A DNA stretch of 64,000 nucleotides from positions 8,471-72,470 of the forward strand of contig JACPOE010000012.1 in NCBI GenBank assembly GCA_016185105.1. Direction: 5' to 3'. Below the pieces are notes generated by a model that saw only the letters and a program-made list of their open reading frames with translations, was not told the DNA's origin and made no database searches. Shown here piece after piece: positions 28,165-37,817 of the stretch (position 1 is the stretch's first letter; each line of letters begins with the position of its first letter). The DNA is from Bdellovibrio sp. GTDB lineage: Bacteria; Bdellovibrionota; UBA1018. Made by a program: the position numbers and the translations under genes.

Positions 28165-28980
28165 ATGAAAAAGTTGACATTGGCTCTTGTTGGACTTTCC
28201 GTTGGCAGCATGGCTTCTGCAGGCACAATCAACATGTCCTGTACCGAAGGCACCGGACTGTTTGGCAACAAGGGTCTTCAGACTTTCAACTTGATGTTGG
28301 ATGCTTACGGCACACAGAACTTCACCAGCCCATCTGGCGCTGAATTCATCGTAGCCGTTAAAGGCGGCAAAGGCGGAGCGATGGGCGCAGGCATGGGCAT
28401 GGGACAAGCACAGGGCCAGGCTCAGGGTCAATGCGCACAAGGTCAGGTAGCTCAGATTGGCCAAGCTCAGGGCCAGGTTCAGCAGGGTCAGACTCAGGGT
28501 CAATGTGCACAGGGCCAGGTAGCTCAAGTTGGACAGGCTCAGGGCCAGGTTCAGCAGGGCCAGACCCAAGGTCAATGCGCTCAGGGACAGGTTGCCCAAG
28601 TTGGACAGGCTCAGGGCCAGGTTCAACAGGGTCAATGCGCTCAAGGACAAGCACAGGGCCAAGTCGGACAAGTCGGACAAGTTGGTCAGGTTGGCCAAGT
28701 TGGCCAAGTTGGTCAGGTCGGACAAATTGGGCAAGCTCAGCAGGATGACATGGAAGACGTCGAGCAGATCGGCGGAATGGATCAAGCAGTTGGCCAAGGT
28801 TTCGGCCCTGCCAAGATCAAGGTCACTTTCATGAAAACCAAAGCTCCTCACGCTGTGCGCTTGACTGTTCCAAGCACCCACATCTTGAAAGCTAACTCTC
28901 AGTCCAAGAAATTCCACGCTGGCTACAGCATGGGCGGCAAGCACTTTGTCACCAACTGCCAGATGACCTACATGCCCTAG
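28165..28980 (+). CDS. secreted Gln/Gly-rich tandem-repeat protein (novel; function unknown)
   Basis: Signal peptide MKKLTLALVGLSVGSMASA. Spaced RBS AGGGGA. Three to four copies of GQCAQGQVAQ[IV]GQAQGQVQQGQTQ, then (GQV)x8, then a unique C-terminal domain. A strong terminator follows. Confidence 0.75.
   Translation: MKKLTLALVGLSVGSMASAGTINMSCTEGTGLFGNKGLQTFNLMLDAYGTQNFTSPSGAEFIVAVKGGKGGAMGAGMGMGQAQGQAQGQCAQGQVAQIGQAQGQVQQGQTQGQCAQGQVAQVGQAQGQVQQGQTQGQCAQGQVAQVGQAQGQVQQGQCAQGQAQGQVGQVGQVGQVGQVGQVGQVGQIGQAQQDDMEDVEQIGGMDQAVGQGFGPAKIKVTFMKTKAPHAVRLTVPSTHILKANSQSKKFHAGYSMGGKHFVTNCQMTYMP
28426..28659 (+). repeat. 72-nt in-frame tandem repeat, about 3.2 copies, encoding GQCAQGQVAQ[I/V]GQAQGQVQQGQTQ
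   Basis: Copies at 28426-28497 and 28498-28569, a 60-nt copy at 28570-28629, and a partial copy to 28659. The copies are near-identical at DNA level with synonymous differences. Confidence 0.8.
28660..28731 (+). repeat. 9-nt in-frame microsatellite (CARGTYGGN)x8 encoding (QVG)8
   Basis: caagtcgga caagtcgga caagttggt caggttggc caagttggc caagttggt caggtcgga caaattggg. Confidence 0.85.
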
Positions 28981-29022
28981 TTTCTAGGCACTCAGTTTGA
29001 ACTTTAGTTCTAAACCGAGTAA

Positions 29023-29060
29023 GGCCCGACAGATGAAAATCTGCCGGGCCTTTTCTTTTT
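29023..29060 (+). terminator. rho-independent terminator of the repeat-protein gene
   Basis: GGCCCGaCAGAT-gaaa-ATCTGcCGGGCC is followed by TTTTCTTTTT. Confidence 0.8.
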
Positions 29061-29156
29061 GCCAGATCTCACTTAATTCCCTAGCCCTAACGAGCTCGAG
29101 GCAACCGAGGCCTCTGAGACGCCTTCAGTCTGAACCTGATCAGGTGGCCTGAGGAA

Positions 29157-31412
29157 TTAAAAGGTGAAGAGCCGCTCTCCGGCTCGTCCGCCCTCTCGCA
29201 CAAAATACTGCCGCAAAGCCGAGTTCTTAGTGTCTTTCAGCTCTGGGTCCTCTTTCAAAATCTGAATGGCATCTTCACGCGCCCTAATCAGCCATTCGGC
29301 ATCTCTCACTAAATTGGCTACCTTAAAAGGAAGTCCACCCGATTGACGTGTCCCCAAAAACTCGCCTGGCCCTCTAATTTCTAAGTCAGCCTCGGCAATC
29401 TTGAATCCATCTTGTGTCTCCTCCAGCACTTCCAGACGTGTGGAGGTAGGACCTTCTTCCTTTGCTGTCGTAAAGAGGTAACAATAGGATTGCAGCGAAC
29501 CCCGCCCCACTCGACCCCTGAGTTGATGTAATTGGGACAGTCCAAAACGTTCAGCATGCTCGATCACCATCACGGTAGAGTTGGGAACATCAACTCCAAC
29601 CTCAACAACAGTTGTAGAAACTAAGACCTGAATTTCGCCCTTCTTGAAGCGCTCCATAGTGGCAACTTTTTCATCGTTTTTCATTTGGCCGTGAAGAAGC
29701 CCGACTCTGAATTCAGGAAATACCTCAGTTGCTAGATTTTCCGCTTCAGCAATCGCAGACTTGAGCTGAGTAAATCCTTCCGCTTCGCTATCGCTCACCA
29801 ATGGATAAATAAAATAGGCCTGACGCCCCGATTTGAGTTCATTTTGAATTTGAAGATAAGCTTTGGCTCTCTGCGTTTTATCTCGAACAACCTTTGTAAT
29901 TACAGGGCTCCGCCCAGGAGGCATTTCCCGAATCAGAGTAACCACTAGGTCCCCAAAAGCAGTCATCGCTAAGGTCCTAGGAATCGGTGTCGCACTTAAA
30001 ATCAAGGAATGCGGATGCACCTGAGTCCCGTTCGCTAAGGTACGAATCCCTTTGGACTTCAGAGTCCGTCGTTGATCCACACCGAACCGATGCTGCTCAT
30101 CAATCAAAACATAGTCTAAACATTGAAACTGAACCGGGTCCTCAAGCAAAGCATGAGTACCAATCAGGATCATCGGCTCACCTGAACCAAGCCTTTTTTG
30201 AATTTGGCTGCGTTCGGGACCCGTTGACTTGCCTGTCAAGAGAGCGGCTGGGAGCTTGCCTTGAAAAAGGCTCTGGCAAGACCTAAAATGTTGCTCAGCC
30301 AGAATCTCGGTAGGCACCATCAAGGCAACCTGTCCGCCTTCAGCAATCACTGCCGCAGCAGTTAGAAACGCTACCACCGTCTTTCCAGAACCTACATCGC
30401 CCTGAACCAGACGGCTCATGGGGTGCGGTTGCAACAGATCTTTAAAGATATCTTCGACAGCTCGCTTTTGATCTCCCGTCAAACGAAAAGGAAGGCTTTT
30501 TGCCAGACTTTCCATCTGGTCCCGTCCTTCTCTCCGACCAAACGACAGAGCGTTCACACGGGTTGTTTGAAGCCTCTTGCGAAGCATTAAATATTCAAAC
30601 TTGAAGAACTCCCCATAGATCAGTCTCTCGTGCGCCGGAGTCCTAAAACTAACCAACTTCTCTAGGCTGTAAGCAGCTTCTTCAGGTGGAAAATGAAGTG
30701 CGCGAACTGAAGGCGCTAGCCTGGGAAGGCTCCACTTTTGAAGAAGATTATCGGGCAGCTCCTCTGGCAATGTCCCGCCAAAACTTTCAAGCGCCTGCCA
30801 AAGAATATTGCGAAGAGTGCGACTGGTAACCCCTTCGATCTCAACGTAAACCGGCACCATTCTTCCGAAACTATGATGATGAGGCCCGTCTTCGCCCAAA
30901 TCTGAGCTAACTCCCCAGGTGATCTCGGGATGCACAATTTCGGGACGCCCCTGGTAGAACTTTACTTTTCCACTCACCCCAACCTGGATGCCTGGCTGAA
31001 ATCTTTTCTCAATTCCACGCGGCGGGTGAAACCACTTCAAGCTAAGCGTTCCAGATTCATTCGCGCAGCGAACCTCGAGGAGAGATTTTCCAAACTTTGC
31101 AATTGGAATCATCCTCTGACTCTGCACGCGCACAGATAACGTCGCGCGGGCACCTTCGGTTAGGTCTGAAATTTTTTGAACGCGTGTTCGATCTTCGTAG
31201 GTCCTAGGAAAAAAATTGAAAAGATCGCGAACAGTTTGAATATCTCGATTTGCGAAAATGGTCCCCAGTTTTGGACCCACTCCCTTTACAAATTGCACCA
31301 AAGTATCTTGCGGACTCCCTGGGATTGACTCAGGAAGCTTTCTGGGCTTTCGTGAAGGGCTATTCGTAGTAGACTTTGAGAATGTCGTAATGAACTTGTC
31401 CTTTTGGAGCAT
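29157..31412 (-). CDS. recG: ATP-dependent DNA helicase RecG
   Basis: DEQHRFGV (DEAH box), GQMKNDEK, SATPIPRTL and the N-terminal wedge region VKGVGPKLG. The ATG at 31412 overlaps the greA 3' end by 52 nt, so the start is uncertain. Confidence 0.85.
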   Translation of the reverse strand: MLQKDKFITTFSKSTTNSPSRKPRKLPESIPGSPQDTLVQFVKGVGPKLGTIFANRDIQTVRDLFNFFPRTYEDRTRVQKISDLTEGARATLSVRVQSQRMIPIAKFGKSLLEVRCANESGTLSLKWFHPPRGIEKRFQPGIQVGVSGKVKFYQGRPEIVHPEITWGVSSDLGEDGPHHHSFGRMVPVYVEIEGVTSRTLRNILWQALESFGGTLPEELPDNLLQKWSLPRLAPSVRALHFPPEEAAYSLEKLVSFRTPAHERLIYGEFFKFEYLMLRKRLQTTRVNALSFGRREGRDQMESLAKSLPFRLTGDQKRAVEDIFKDLLQPHPMSRLVQGDVGSGKTVVAFLTAAAVIAEGGQVALMVPTEILAEQHFRSCQSLFQGKLPAALLTGKSTGPERSQIQKRLGSGEPMILIGTHALLEDPVQFQCLDYVLIDEQHRFGVDQRRTLKSKGIRTLANGTQVHPHSLILSATPIPRTLAMTAFGDLVVTLIREMPPGRSPVITKVVRDKTQRAKAYLQIQNELKSGRQAYFIYPLVSDSEAEGFTQLKSAIAEAENLATEVFPEFRVGLLHGQMKNDEKVATMERFKKGEIQVLVSTTVVEVGVDVPNSTVMVIEHAERFGLSQLHQLRGRVGRGSLQSYCYLFTTAKEEGPTSTRLEVLEETQDGFKIAEADLEIRGPGEFLGTRQSGGLPFKVANLVRDAEWLIRAREDAIQILKEDPELKDTKNSALRQYFVREGGRAGERLFTF

Positions 31413-31836
31413 GAACTACAGCCTCGTCGCCTGCGGCCTTCCCTATCAGAGCACGCGCGATAGGCGATGTAATTCCTACCTTTCCATTTTTGATATCGGC
31501 TTCATCCACTCCCACAATGCGATAGGTCATCTTTTTGGAAGTTTCCTGCTCTTCTACTACCACAGTTGCGCCGAATACTACTTTGTCACTTTTAATAGAC
31601 GATGTGTCAATCACCTGAGCGCGCGCCAACTTGTCGCTGATTTCCTGGATTCGACCTTCAATAAAACTTTGCCGTTCTTTGGCAGCAGAATAGTCGGCAT
31701 TTTCAGAAAGATCCCCATGGCCACGTGCAATTTCAATCGCTTTGACAACGTTCGGACGTTCTACAGTTGTGAGGTATTTTAATTCCTCGTCCAACTGTTT
31801 TTTTCCGCGAATGGTCATAGGTACTTTTTCGTCAGC
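31360..31836 (-). CDS. greA: transcription elongation factor GreA
   Basis: MTIRGKKQLDEELKYL...ARGHGDLSENADYSAAKERQ..IEGRI. The start is taken at MADEKVPM. Confidence 0.9.
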   Translation of the reverse strand, partial: ADEKVPMTIRGKKQLDEELKYLTTVERPNVVKAIEIARGHGDLSENADYSAAKERQSFIEGRIQEISDKLARAQVIDTSSIKSDKVVFGATVVVEEQETSKKMTYRIVGVDEADIKNGKVGITSPIARALIGKAAGDEAVVHAPKGQVHYDILKVYYE

Positions 31837-31888
31837 CATAGAACCCAGAGCTAACACAAACTGGCACGAAATCAACTCAGTAACCCTG

Positions 31889-33304
31889 CTAAAAAACGTA
31901 TTTTAGCTCTGTGTACAAAGCATTATAGGGCGCCAAGACCCCCAAAGGACGGTCTGCTGGCCCTGCGTAATAGTTCAGTCCTAGCGTGGCTTTCAAAGAA
32001 TCAGAAAGGCGGTAAGTTACCTCTGGGCGCAACAAAAGCCCTCCGCCCAAGAAATTTCCAAGCAGAAATACTTCTCCAGCGAGTCGATTTTGATCATTGG
32101 AATATGACAAACGAAAAGACGCAGCTGGACGCCAGACATCCTGATAGTTCTGAATCAGCGCATTAACTCCCGCTACTTGCTGGTAAACAAAAGCCATCAC
32201 AGGATTAGGATCGGTGGCCTGTGAAGGAGGGGTGAAATAAGGAAAATAGCGAATCAAAAACTGGGTCTGAACTCTAAAATCATCTCCTATGCCCCGCTCC
32301 AGACCAACTACTGCGTCCAGATGGCTGGGCTGGATCATCGGATTTTGGCCATCGCCGTTTTCAGTCCAAACATAAGCAGCCTCGCCCCTCAGAACATACT
32401 TTCCAAAACTGACTGAACTATCCCCCCCTAACGCACGGTATTGATGAAACCCCTGAGATACGGAAACTGTAGGGGTAGTTCCAGAAATCGAAACCGAATT
32501 CACTCCAATTTCCGGTAAGTGATTCCATCCTTTGAAGACCAAGACACTGGCATCCCAGCCTTCACCCGAGTAAGCCACTTTAAGGGCGAGCTCCGAATTT
32601 GAGAGAGTGGTTGCCGGAGATTGAATCGTACTTACCCCGGAAAGGCCCGATGGAATCTGTCCCGGAGCTAGCAGGAGAACCGATTGAGGAAAAACAGGGG
32701 TCCCGACAAACGTGAAGGTAAAAGGTGAATTTCCAGAAGAAGGAGTCCAACTCAAAAGAACACTCACCGCCCCAATTCGTCTGACCTCGTCGTCAGGATT
32801 GAAAAATCCGTAGTCTTTTGCAGTCAAAAAATCGGTTGGATTAACTCCATCCGACTTCCCCCAGGGAAGAATCATTTTCCCCATTCTGACATTCCAACCT
32901 GACTTGAAATAGTGAACATAGCCCTCCCGAACTCCAGGAGAAAACCCCCCTTTGCCGGAAACAGAGGATGCCGCTATTTGATCCGCAGTCAAAATCAAAT
33001 GGGCCGAAGTTCCTTCTCCTACCTTTGGATCAAGCTGTAGCCATGCGGATCCAGAAATCTGCTGGAGTGAGCCGTTGAAAAAATTTCCGGTCGGAATGTA
33101 GAAGTCAGAAAAAATCCGTCCTGATACCGAAGTTTCGTCACGAGAATCCTCTGAAACAGAAGTCTCCGCCGCCTCGGCCAACAAAGGCTGCTGCCCAAAA
33201 CCGAAGAAAAGGGCCCCTGCCCAAACGAAAAGTCCAATCAAAAGGGGGTTCCATACTGTTCTTAGTTCACCGAACATAGATCCCCCACCCATTCTTGTGG
33301 TCAT
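31889..33304 (-). CDS. putative outer-membrane beta-barrel protein
   Basis: Signal peptide, alternating hydrophobic strands, and a C-terminal ...LKYVF aromatic terminus. It is co-directional and adjacent to the LolA-like/ABC genes. Confidence 0.5.
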   Translation of the reverse strand: MTTRMGGGSMFGELRTVWNPLLIGLFVWAGALFFGFGQQPLLAEAAETSVSEDSRDETSVSGRIFSDFYIPTGNFFNGSLQQISGSAWLQLDPKVGEGTSAHLILTADQIAASSVSGKGGFSPGVREGYVHYFKSGWNVRMGKMILPWGKSDGVNPTDFLTAKDYGFFNPDDEVRRIGAVSVLLSWTPSSGNSPFTFTFVGTPVFPQSVLLLAPGQIPSGLSGVSTIQSPATTLSNSELALKVAYSGEGWDASVLVFKGWNHLPEIGVNSVSISGTTPTVSVSQGFHQYRALGGDSSVSFGKYVLRGEAAYVWTENGDGQNPMIQPSHLDAVVGLERGIGDDFRVQTQFLIRYFPYFTPPSQATDPNPVMAFVYQQVAGVNALIQNYQDVWRPAASFRLSYSNDQNRLAGEVFLLGNFLGGGLLLRPEVTYRLSDSLKATLGLNYYAGPADRPLGVLAPYNALYTELKYVF

Positions 33305-33319
33305 CTGAATCCCTTTTGT

Positions 33320-34135
33320 TTAAGGTCGTTCTAAGTTTTGAATAGTAAAAATCGAATTCTGAATTCCCTGATTCGCTTTAACCTTCTCAAAGGAGAGGGA
33401 TGTGAAGTGTCCAGTTTTCAAATTTTTTACGCTGAGTGTATGTGCCATCCACTTTTTATTCGCAGAATCAACGACTCGAATGTCTGTAGCCTCCATCCGT
33501 TTAAACAGTTCACCTTTTAAATTTTTATAATCAGATCTGACCATCATGAAATTATCGCTCCGAATCCATGCCGTGACAGCCGAGTACCCGGTCCTCTCCC
33601 TCACCTCGTCCGAAACAGGGATAGACTCAACGACATAGCAGGTGACCCCTCTATTCTCTTCACCTTCGCCGCAGGATTCCGTTCTTAAAAGCTGGTGCTG
33701 ATAGTCTGCGGCATGGGGCGTCGCCATATCCGAGTAGCTGAGTTGCGAGCCCATAAACGCGCTACTCTGCTGCTGACTTTCCACTCGCCGAGTTTTTTTG
33801 AAGGAAGGCAGGTACATCAAGATTTCGTTCTTATTGCCTTCGCGTTCGAGAAAAAGAATTCCTTCATCTTTGATCTCAGCAGGTTTTTTAAATCGCGTCA
33901 GAGTATTAAAAAGAGAAGTGCCTTCCTGGAGTTTCCGCCACCAAGTGAAGTCTTTGACCCTTTTTTGAGTTCCTTCGCCCCCGCTCGTCAGTCTAGCATT
34001 GGAAATAACATCGCTTAGCCTTCGTGCATCTTCATTTCGTTCCATAATTGCTCTGCCATTCAACTGAGGGGCAGCCGCAAACACTTTGGCCGTTAACATA
34101 AAGACGATTGCCAAAACGATTGGTCGCTTATTCAT
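33320..34135 (-). CDS. outer-membrane lipoprotein-sorting (LolA-like) family periplasmic protein
   Basis: Signal peptide MNKRPIVLAIVFMLTAKVFAA. The LolA-like fold family is commonly paired with FtsX-type exporters. Confidence 0.5.
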   Translation of the reverse strand: MNKRPIVLAIVFMLTAKVFAAAPQLNGRAIMERNEDARRLSDVISNARLTSGGEGTQKRVKDFTWWRKLQEGTSLFNTLTRFKKPAEIKDEGILFLEREGNKNEILMYLPSFKKTRRVESQQQSSAFMGSQLSYSDMATPHAADYQHQLLRTESCGEGEENRGVTCYVVESIPVSDEVRERTGYSAVTAWIRSDNFMMVRSDYKNLKGELFKRMEATDIRVVDSANKKWMAHTLSVKNLKTGHFTSLSFEKVKANQGIQNSIFTIQNLERP

Positions 34136-36746
34136 ATTCAAGAGCCTCCGCAATTTCCAAGCCTGCCGCCCGTCTAGCCGGAAAGAAGCTTGCAACTAAT
34201 GCCACTAGTATCCCAATAAGAACCGTGGAAAAAATGGAGCCCCACGGAAAATAAAAGTCAATAATCCAACCTAAAATATTCGAAAGACTGTAGGTGATCC
34301 AAATATAAGAGAGCCAGCTCCCCAGAAGGACTGCTGTCGCCGCACCCAAAGCCCCCTGAAAAAGCGTCTCTTGAATGATCATGGCAGAAATTTGGCGCCG
34401 GGACATTCCAATTGCCCGCAGCATTCCAATCTCGCGCATTCTCTCCATGACACTAATCAACATCGTATTCAGCAAGCCCAATAGACCCACTAAAAGTGCA
34501 GCGGCCTGAATAGCCCGTGTATTCCTGAAACTCCGATCGACCAGATCATTCATTTCTTTTCTAAGTTCAGAATTAGAGGTCACGACTAAATTTCTCGTTC
34601 GACCTAATCTTTGATCGATGTTGGCCCTCACTTGCTCCTGTGTATATCCACTGGCAAGTTGAACTCCAAAAGAGTTGACAAGAGGGTCTTTCCAAATTTC
34701 TCGATATTGCCGACGGTTTAAATAAAGGACGCCCACATCGGAAGCGAAGTCCTCCATCACCCCCACAATTCGAAAAGCATGCCGACCGGTCGGAGAGTCC
34801 AACTCGATTGAATCCCCGGTTTTTTTGTCGTAGTGGTCCACAAAGTTTCTAGAAACCATGACGACGGGTTCCTGCGAGTGGAAAAGCTCTCCGCCTGCCT
34901 CCACCCTATCGCGATCCCTCACGTCCAAAATCCAGTATTTATAGGAAGGATCTGGTTCGTCGTAAGCTTTGATCGCTAACTGCTTTCCTTCATAAGGGGT
35001 GTGTCCAAACCGCACTCCGTAGACGCCATAGACATGGGCACCCTCCGTTTTGGTTTGAATGCCAGGGACTTTAACAATTTCCTCTGCCAGAGACTCGTGA
35101 AGAGGCTGCGTCTGAAAAGCAATCAGCTGCCCTGATGAACTAATAATAAGGTCCGAATGCAGAACACGCCCAAACCACAGGTCAATTGTGGTCCTGAAGC
35201 TAGTATTCACAGCAGCAACCACAATCACTAGAATAAGACCGACCATTAGGCTGGTCACATTACTGGCAGTTCGGCGAGGGTTTCGAATCAAGTTGTCTTG
35301 AGCTAGTCTTGATACAGCCCCTCCGAGCGGAAGAGCTAATGGGCGAATCATACGAACCAAGCCCATCACTAGGCTCGGCCCTAAAAGCGCCGAACCCAAA
35401 ATAGCAAGAAGCTGACCTAAAAACTCGATAACGCGATGTTTCTGATTCATCCCGAGAGTAGCCGACACGCTCACAGCCAAAACCATCACTAGCCCGACAG
35501 ACCCGCTAAATCGCAAAAATCCCTTCTTCGCGACATCCACTCCGACGTCTCGATTTTTCATTGCTTCGAGCGGCTCAATTCGTGTGGATTTGTATGCGGG
35601 CCAAGCTGCCGCAAAGAATGCGGCTCCACCGCCAAGCACAATAGCCAGCAGGATATCTTGAATCCCAAAATTCAAATGGGAAACCTCGATCCGGGTTAAA
35701 TACTGAGAGGACATGCTTTGACTCATCCCCTTCACCAAGAAGGACGCGAGCACTCGCCCCATCGCAGCGCCGAGTAAACCGCCCACAATCCCCATCGCCA
35801 CAGCCTCTGCCAAAAAGACAGCAAGAATTCCGCTGCGAACAGCACCAATGGCCCGTAATGATCCAATTTCTCTTTTTCTTTCCATCACCGAAATGCTGAC
35901 TGAGTTGGTAATCAGAAAAAGACCGACCAAGAGCGCTAAGGTTGAAAAGAACGACATCATCATTTGATAGGACTTTACCATTCGATGCATTGCAGCGGAC
36001 TGACTTTGAGGCCTTTCAACTTGATATCCTGGGCCTAGAGCCGATTCCAAACGATGAATCATTTCATCCAGATCTAAGTCTTTTTGCACAACCACGTCTA
36101 CACGGTCGACCTTGCCTTCTTTTCCAAAGGTCATCCGGGCACCGTCAATATCCATCAAAGCTACGGCCCCACCGTACGCTCTGGCGGGCCCTTCGGGCGA
36201 CAGTAACCCCCTCACTGTGAAAGTTTTTTTACCTTCAGTAGTAGCTAGACTGAAGCGAGAGTCCATACCGAGTTTGTGTTGATTAGCAAATTCATGGGTG
36301 AGAATAATGCTGTCGGGTTGATTTAGAAAAACAAGGGGATCATCAATCACCTGCTGGTCAGAAGTCTTGTAAGTTCTCACGGAAGACTCTTTAAGAAGGT
36401 CCACTCCCAGGATAACTAGCGTCTCGTTATTCAATTTGGCGTCAACCAGAAAAGCTCGTGAAAATACCATTGGAACCGCATGTTCGACCCCGGGGGTTTT
36501 TTCTATCACTTCTATTTTGTTTTCTGGAAAACCCGCATCACCTGAGGAAATACTTAAAGAAGTCTTACCTGCTACTGCCTCGATATTTTCCCTTAAAGAA
36601 TCTAGGGTACTCTGGTTAATAATGCGAATCGCAATAAAAAGAGCAATCCCAAAACTCACCCCTAGCGTCGTAAGCAGGGATCGGGCCGGTTTTTTTAAAA
36701 TATGCCGAAGACCCACAAAACGAAAAAGATTAGAAACCGCCCGCAT
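34128..36746 (-). CDS. ABC transporter permease with duplicated FtsX domains (YbbP/MacB-like)
   Basis: 872 aa, two 4-TM FtsX modules, each preceded by a large periplasmic domain. Confidence 0.75.
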   Translation of the reverse strand: MRAVSNLFRFVGLRHILKKPARSLLTTLGVSFGIALFIAIRIINQSTLDSLRENIEAVAGKTSLSISSGDAGFPENKIEVIEKTPGVEHAVPMVFSRAFLVDAKLNNETLVILGVDLLKESSVRTYKTSDQQVIDDPLVFLNQPDSIILTHEFANQHKLGMDSRFSLATTEGKKTFTVRGLLSPEGPARAYGGAVALMDIDGARMTFGKEGKVDRVDVVVQKDLDLDEMIHRLESALGPGYQVERPQSQSAAMHRMVKSYQMMMSFFSTLALLVGLFLITNSVSISVMERKREIGSLRAIGAVRSGILAVFLAEAVAMGIVGGLLGAAMGRVLASFLVKGMSQSMSSQYLTRIEVSHLNFGIQDILLAIVLGGGAAFFAAAWPAYKSTRIEPLEAMKNRDVGVDVAKKGFLRFSGSVGLVMVLAVSVSATLGMNQKHRVIEFLGQLLAILGSALLGPSLVMGLVRMIRPLALPLGGAVSRLAQDNLIRNPRRTASNVTSLMVGLILVIVVAAVNTSFRTTIDLWFGRVLHSDLIISSSGQLIAFQTQPLHESLAEEIVKVPGIQTKTEGAHVYGVYGVRFGHTPYEGKQLAIKAYDEPDPSYKYWILDVRDRDRVEAGGELFHSQEPVVMVSRNFVDHYDKKTGDSIELDSPTGRHAFRIVGVMEDFASDVGVLYLNRRQYREIWKDPLVNSFGVQLASGYTQEQVRANIDQRLGRTRNLVVTSNSELRKEMNDLVDRSFRNTRAIQAAALLVGLLGLLNTMLISVMERMREIGMLRAIGMSRRQISAMIIQETLFQGALGAATAVLLGSWLSYIWITYSLSNILGWIIDFYFPWGSIFSTVLIGILVALVASFFPARRAAGLEIAEALEYE

Positions 36747-37470
36747 CGTCTTCCCTCAACCTTCGTACATCCGCAGTCAAATGATGTTGAGATGCCGGCA
36801 GATCTTTTTCAATCTGACCATCGCGAAGTGAAATCACCCGTTTCCCAAAAGAGGCCGCTTTTGCATCATGGGTTACCATCAAAATCGTGTTACTTTTTTC
36901 CGTCGAAAGCTCAGACAGGATTTGCAACACTGTCGCCCCTGTTTTGGAATCCAGGTTCCCTGTAGGCTCATCAGCAAGAATCAAAAGAGGATCCGTCACC
37001 AATGCGCGAGCGATTGCTACTCTTTGCATCTCGCCACCCGAAAGCTGATCCGGCAAATGATGGATCCGTTTACCCATCCCAATTCGTTCCAAAAGCTCTT
37101 TAGCCTTGGGCTGAACTTGACCTAGCGACTGGCCATCGAGAAGCAGAGGCAGCGCAACGTTTTCCAACGCACTTAACGTTGGCAGTAAATTAAAAAATTG
37201 AAAAATAAAACCCAGCTTTCGCCGTCGAAAAACCGAGAGGTTTTGATCTGTGAAAGTCTCGATCGACTGCCCGCTAATAGAAATACTACCCGCTGAGGGA
37301 CGATCCAAGCCTCCAATCAAATGAAGCAGAGTACTTTTGCCAGACCCGCTTGGACCCATGATGGATATAAACTCTCCCCTCTCCACAGAAAGGGAAACCC
37401 CTCGAAGAGCCTCAACAGACTCCTCGCCACGGGTGAAAACTTTTTTTAGCCCCTTTACTTCTAAAAGCAT
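36730..37470 (-). CDS. ABC transporter ATP-binding protein (YbbA/LolD/MacB-type)
   Basis: Walker A GPSGSGKSTLL, signature LSGGEMQRVAIARAL, and Walker B ILADEPTGNLD. Confidence 0.85.
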   Translation of the reverse strand: MLLEVKGLKKVFTRGEESVEALRGVSLSVERGEFISIMGPSGSGKSTLLHLIGGLDRPSAGSISISGQSIETFTDQNLSVFRRRKLGFIFQFFNLLPTLSALENVALPLLLDGQSLGQVQPKAKELLERIGMGKRIHHLPDQLSGGEMQRVAIARALVTDPLLILADEPTGNLDSKTGATVLQILSELSTEKSNTILMVTHDAKAASFGKRVISLRDGQIEKDLPASQHHLTADVRRLREDDAGGF

Positions 37471-37517
37471 GGACCGCTCCTTTCTCTCTCAAAAGGAAAC
37501 TTCAGAAAACAGCGCCG

Positions 37518-37817
37518 CTACTTCTTTTTAAAGAGCGCCTCTGCCGCCGCTTTTGCAGCAGCGGCAGGATCAACGGAGTTCCCAGTTTTCGACATTGTAG
37601 GCTTAAAGTAATCGCAGAAATTCGATCTTTCTTTCTCAACGACTCGATCCGCTTGATTCTCTCGGCATTCGTTGTTGTATTTTGGATCATAGAAAAAACA
37701 CCCCTTACAGACTCGAGTATCCCTGCCGCAAGTGGGACAAGAATCTCCCCGCCCATACTCAAGTGCAGTCAAACCCCGAGTGCAACTCCAACAACTGCCG
37801 ACTACAACGGAGGTCAT
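37518..37817 (-). CDS. small Cys-rich zinc-ribbon protein (hypothetical), translationally coupled to carB
   Basis: CWSC...CPTC...CKGC plus additional Cys. Its start overlaps the carB stop (ATGA). Confidence 0.45.
   Translation of the reverse strand: MTSVVVGSCWSCTRGLTALEYGRGDSCPTCGRDTRVCKGCFFYDPKYNNECRENQADRVVEKERSNFCDYFKPTMSKTGNSVDPAAAAKAAAEALFKKK

Noticed and set aside
28426-28731. Possibility that the regular repeats represent a CRISPR array
   Set aside because: The repeats are directly tandem with no unique spacers, lie inside a coding frame with a signal peptide, and no cas genes are nearby.
28066-28944. Long antisense and alternative-frame ORFs across the repeat gene (28066-28944 minus, 28358-28654 minus, 28431-28748 plus, 28529-28834 plus)
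   Set aside because: They are products of the low-complexity CAG/GGC-rich tandem repeats, which stay open in several frames. Only the plus frame has a signal peptide, an RBS and a matching terminator.
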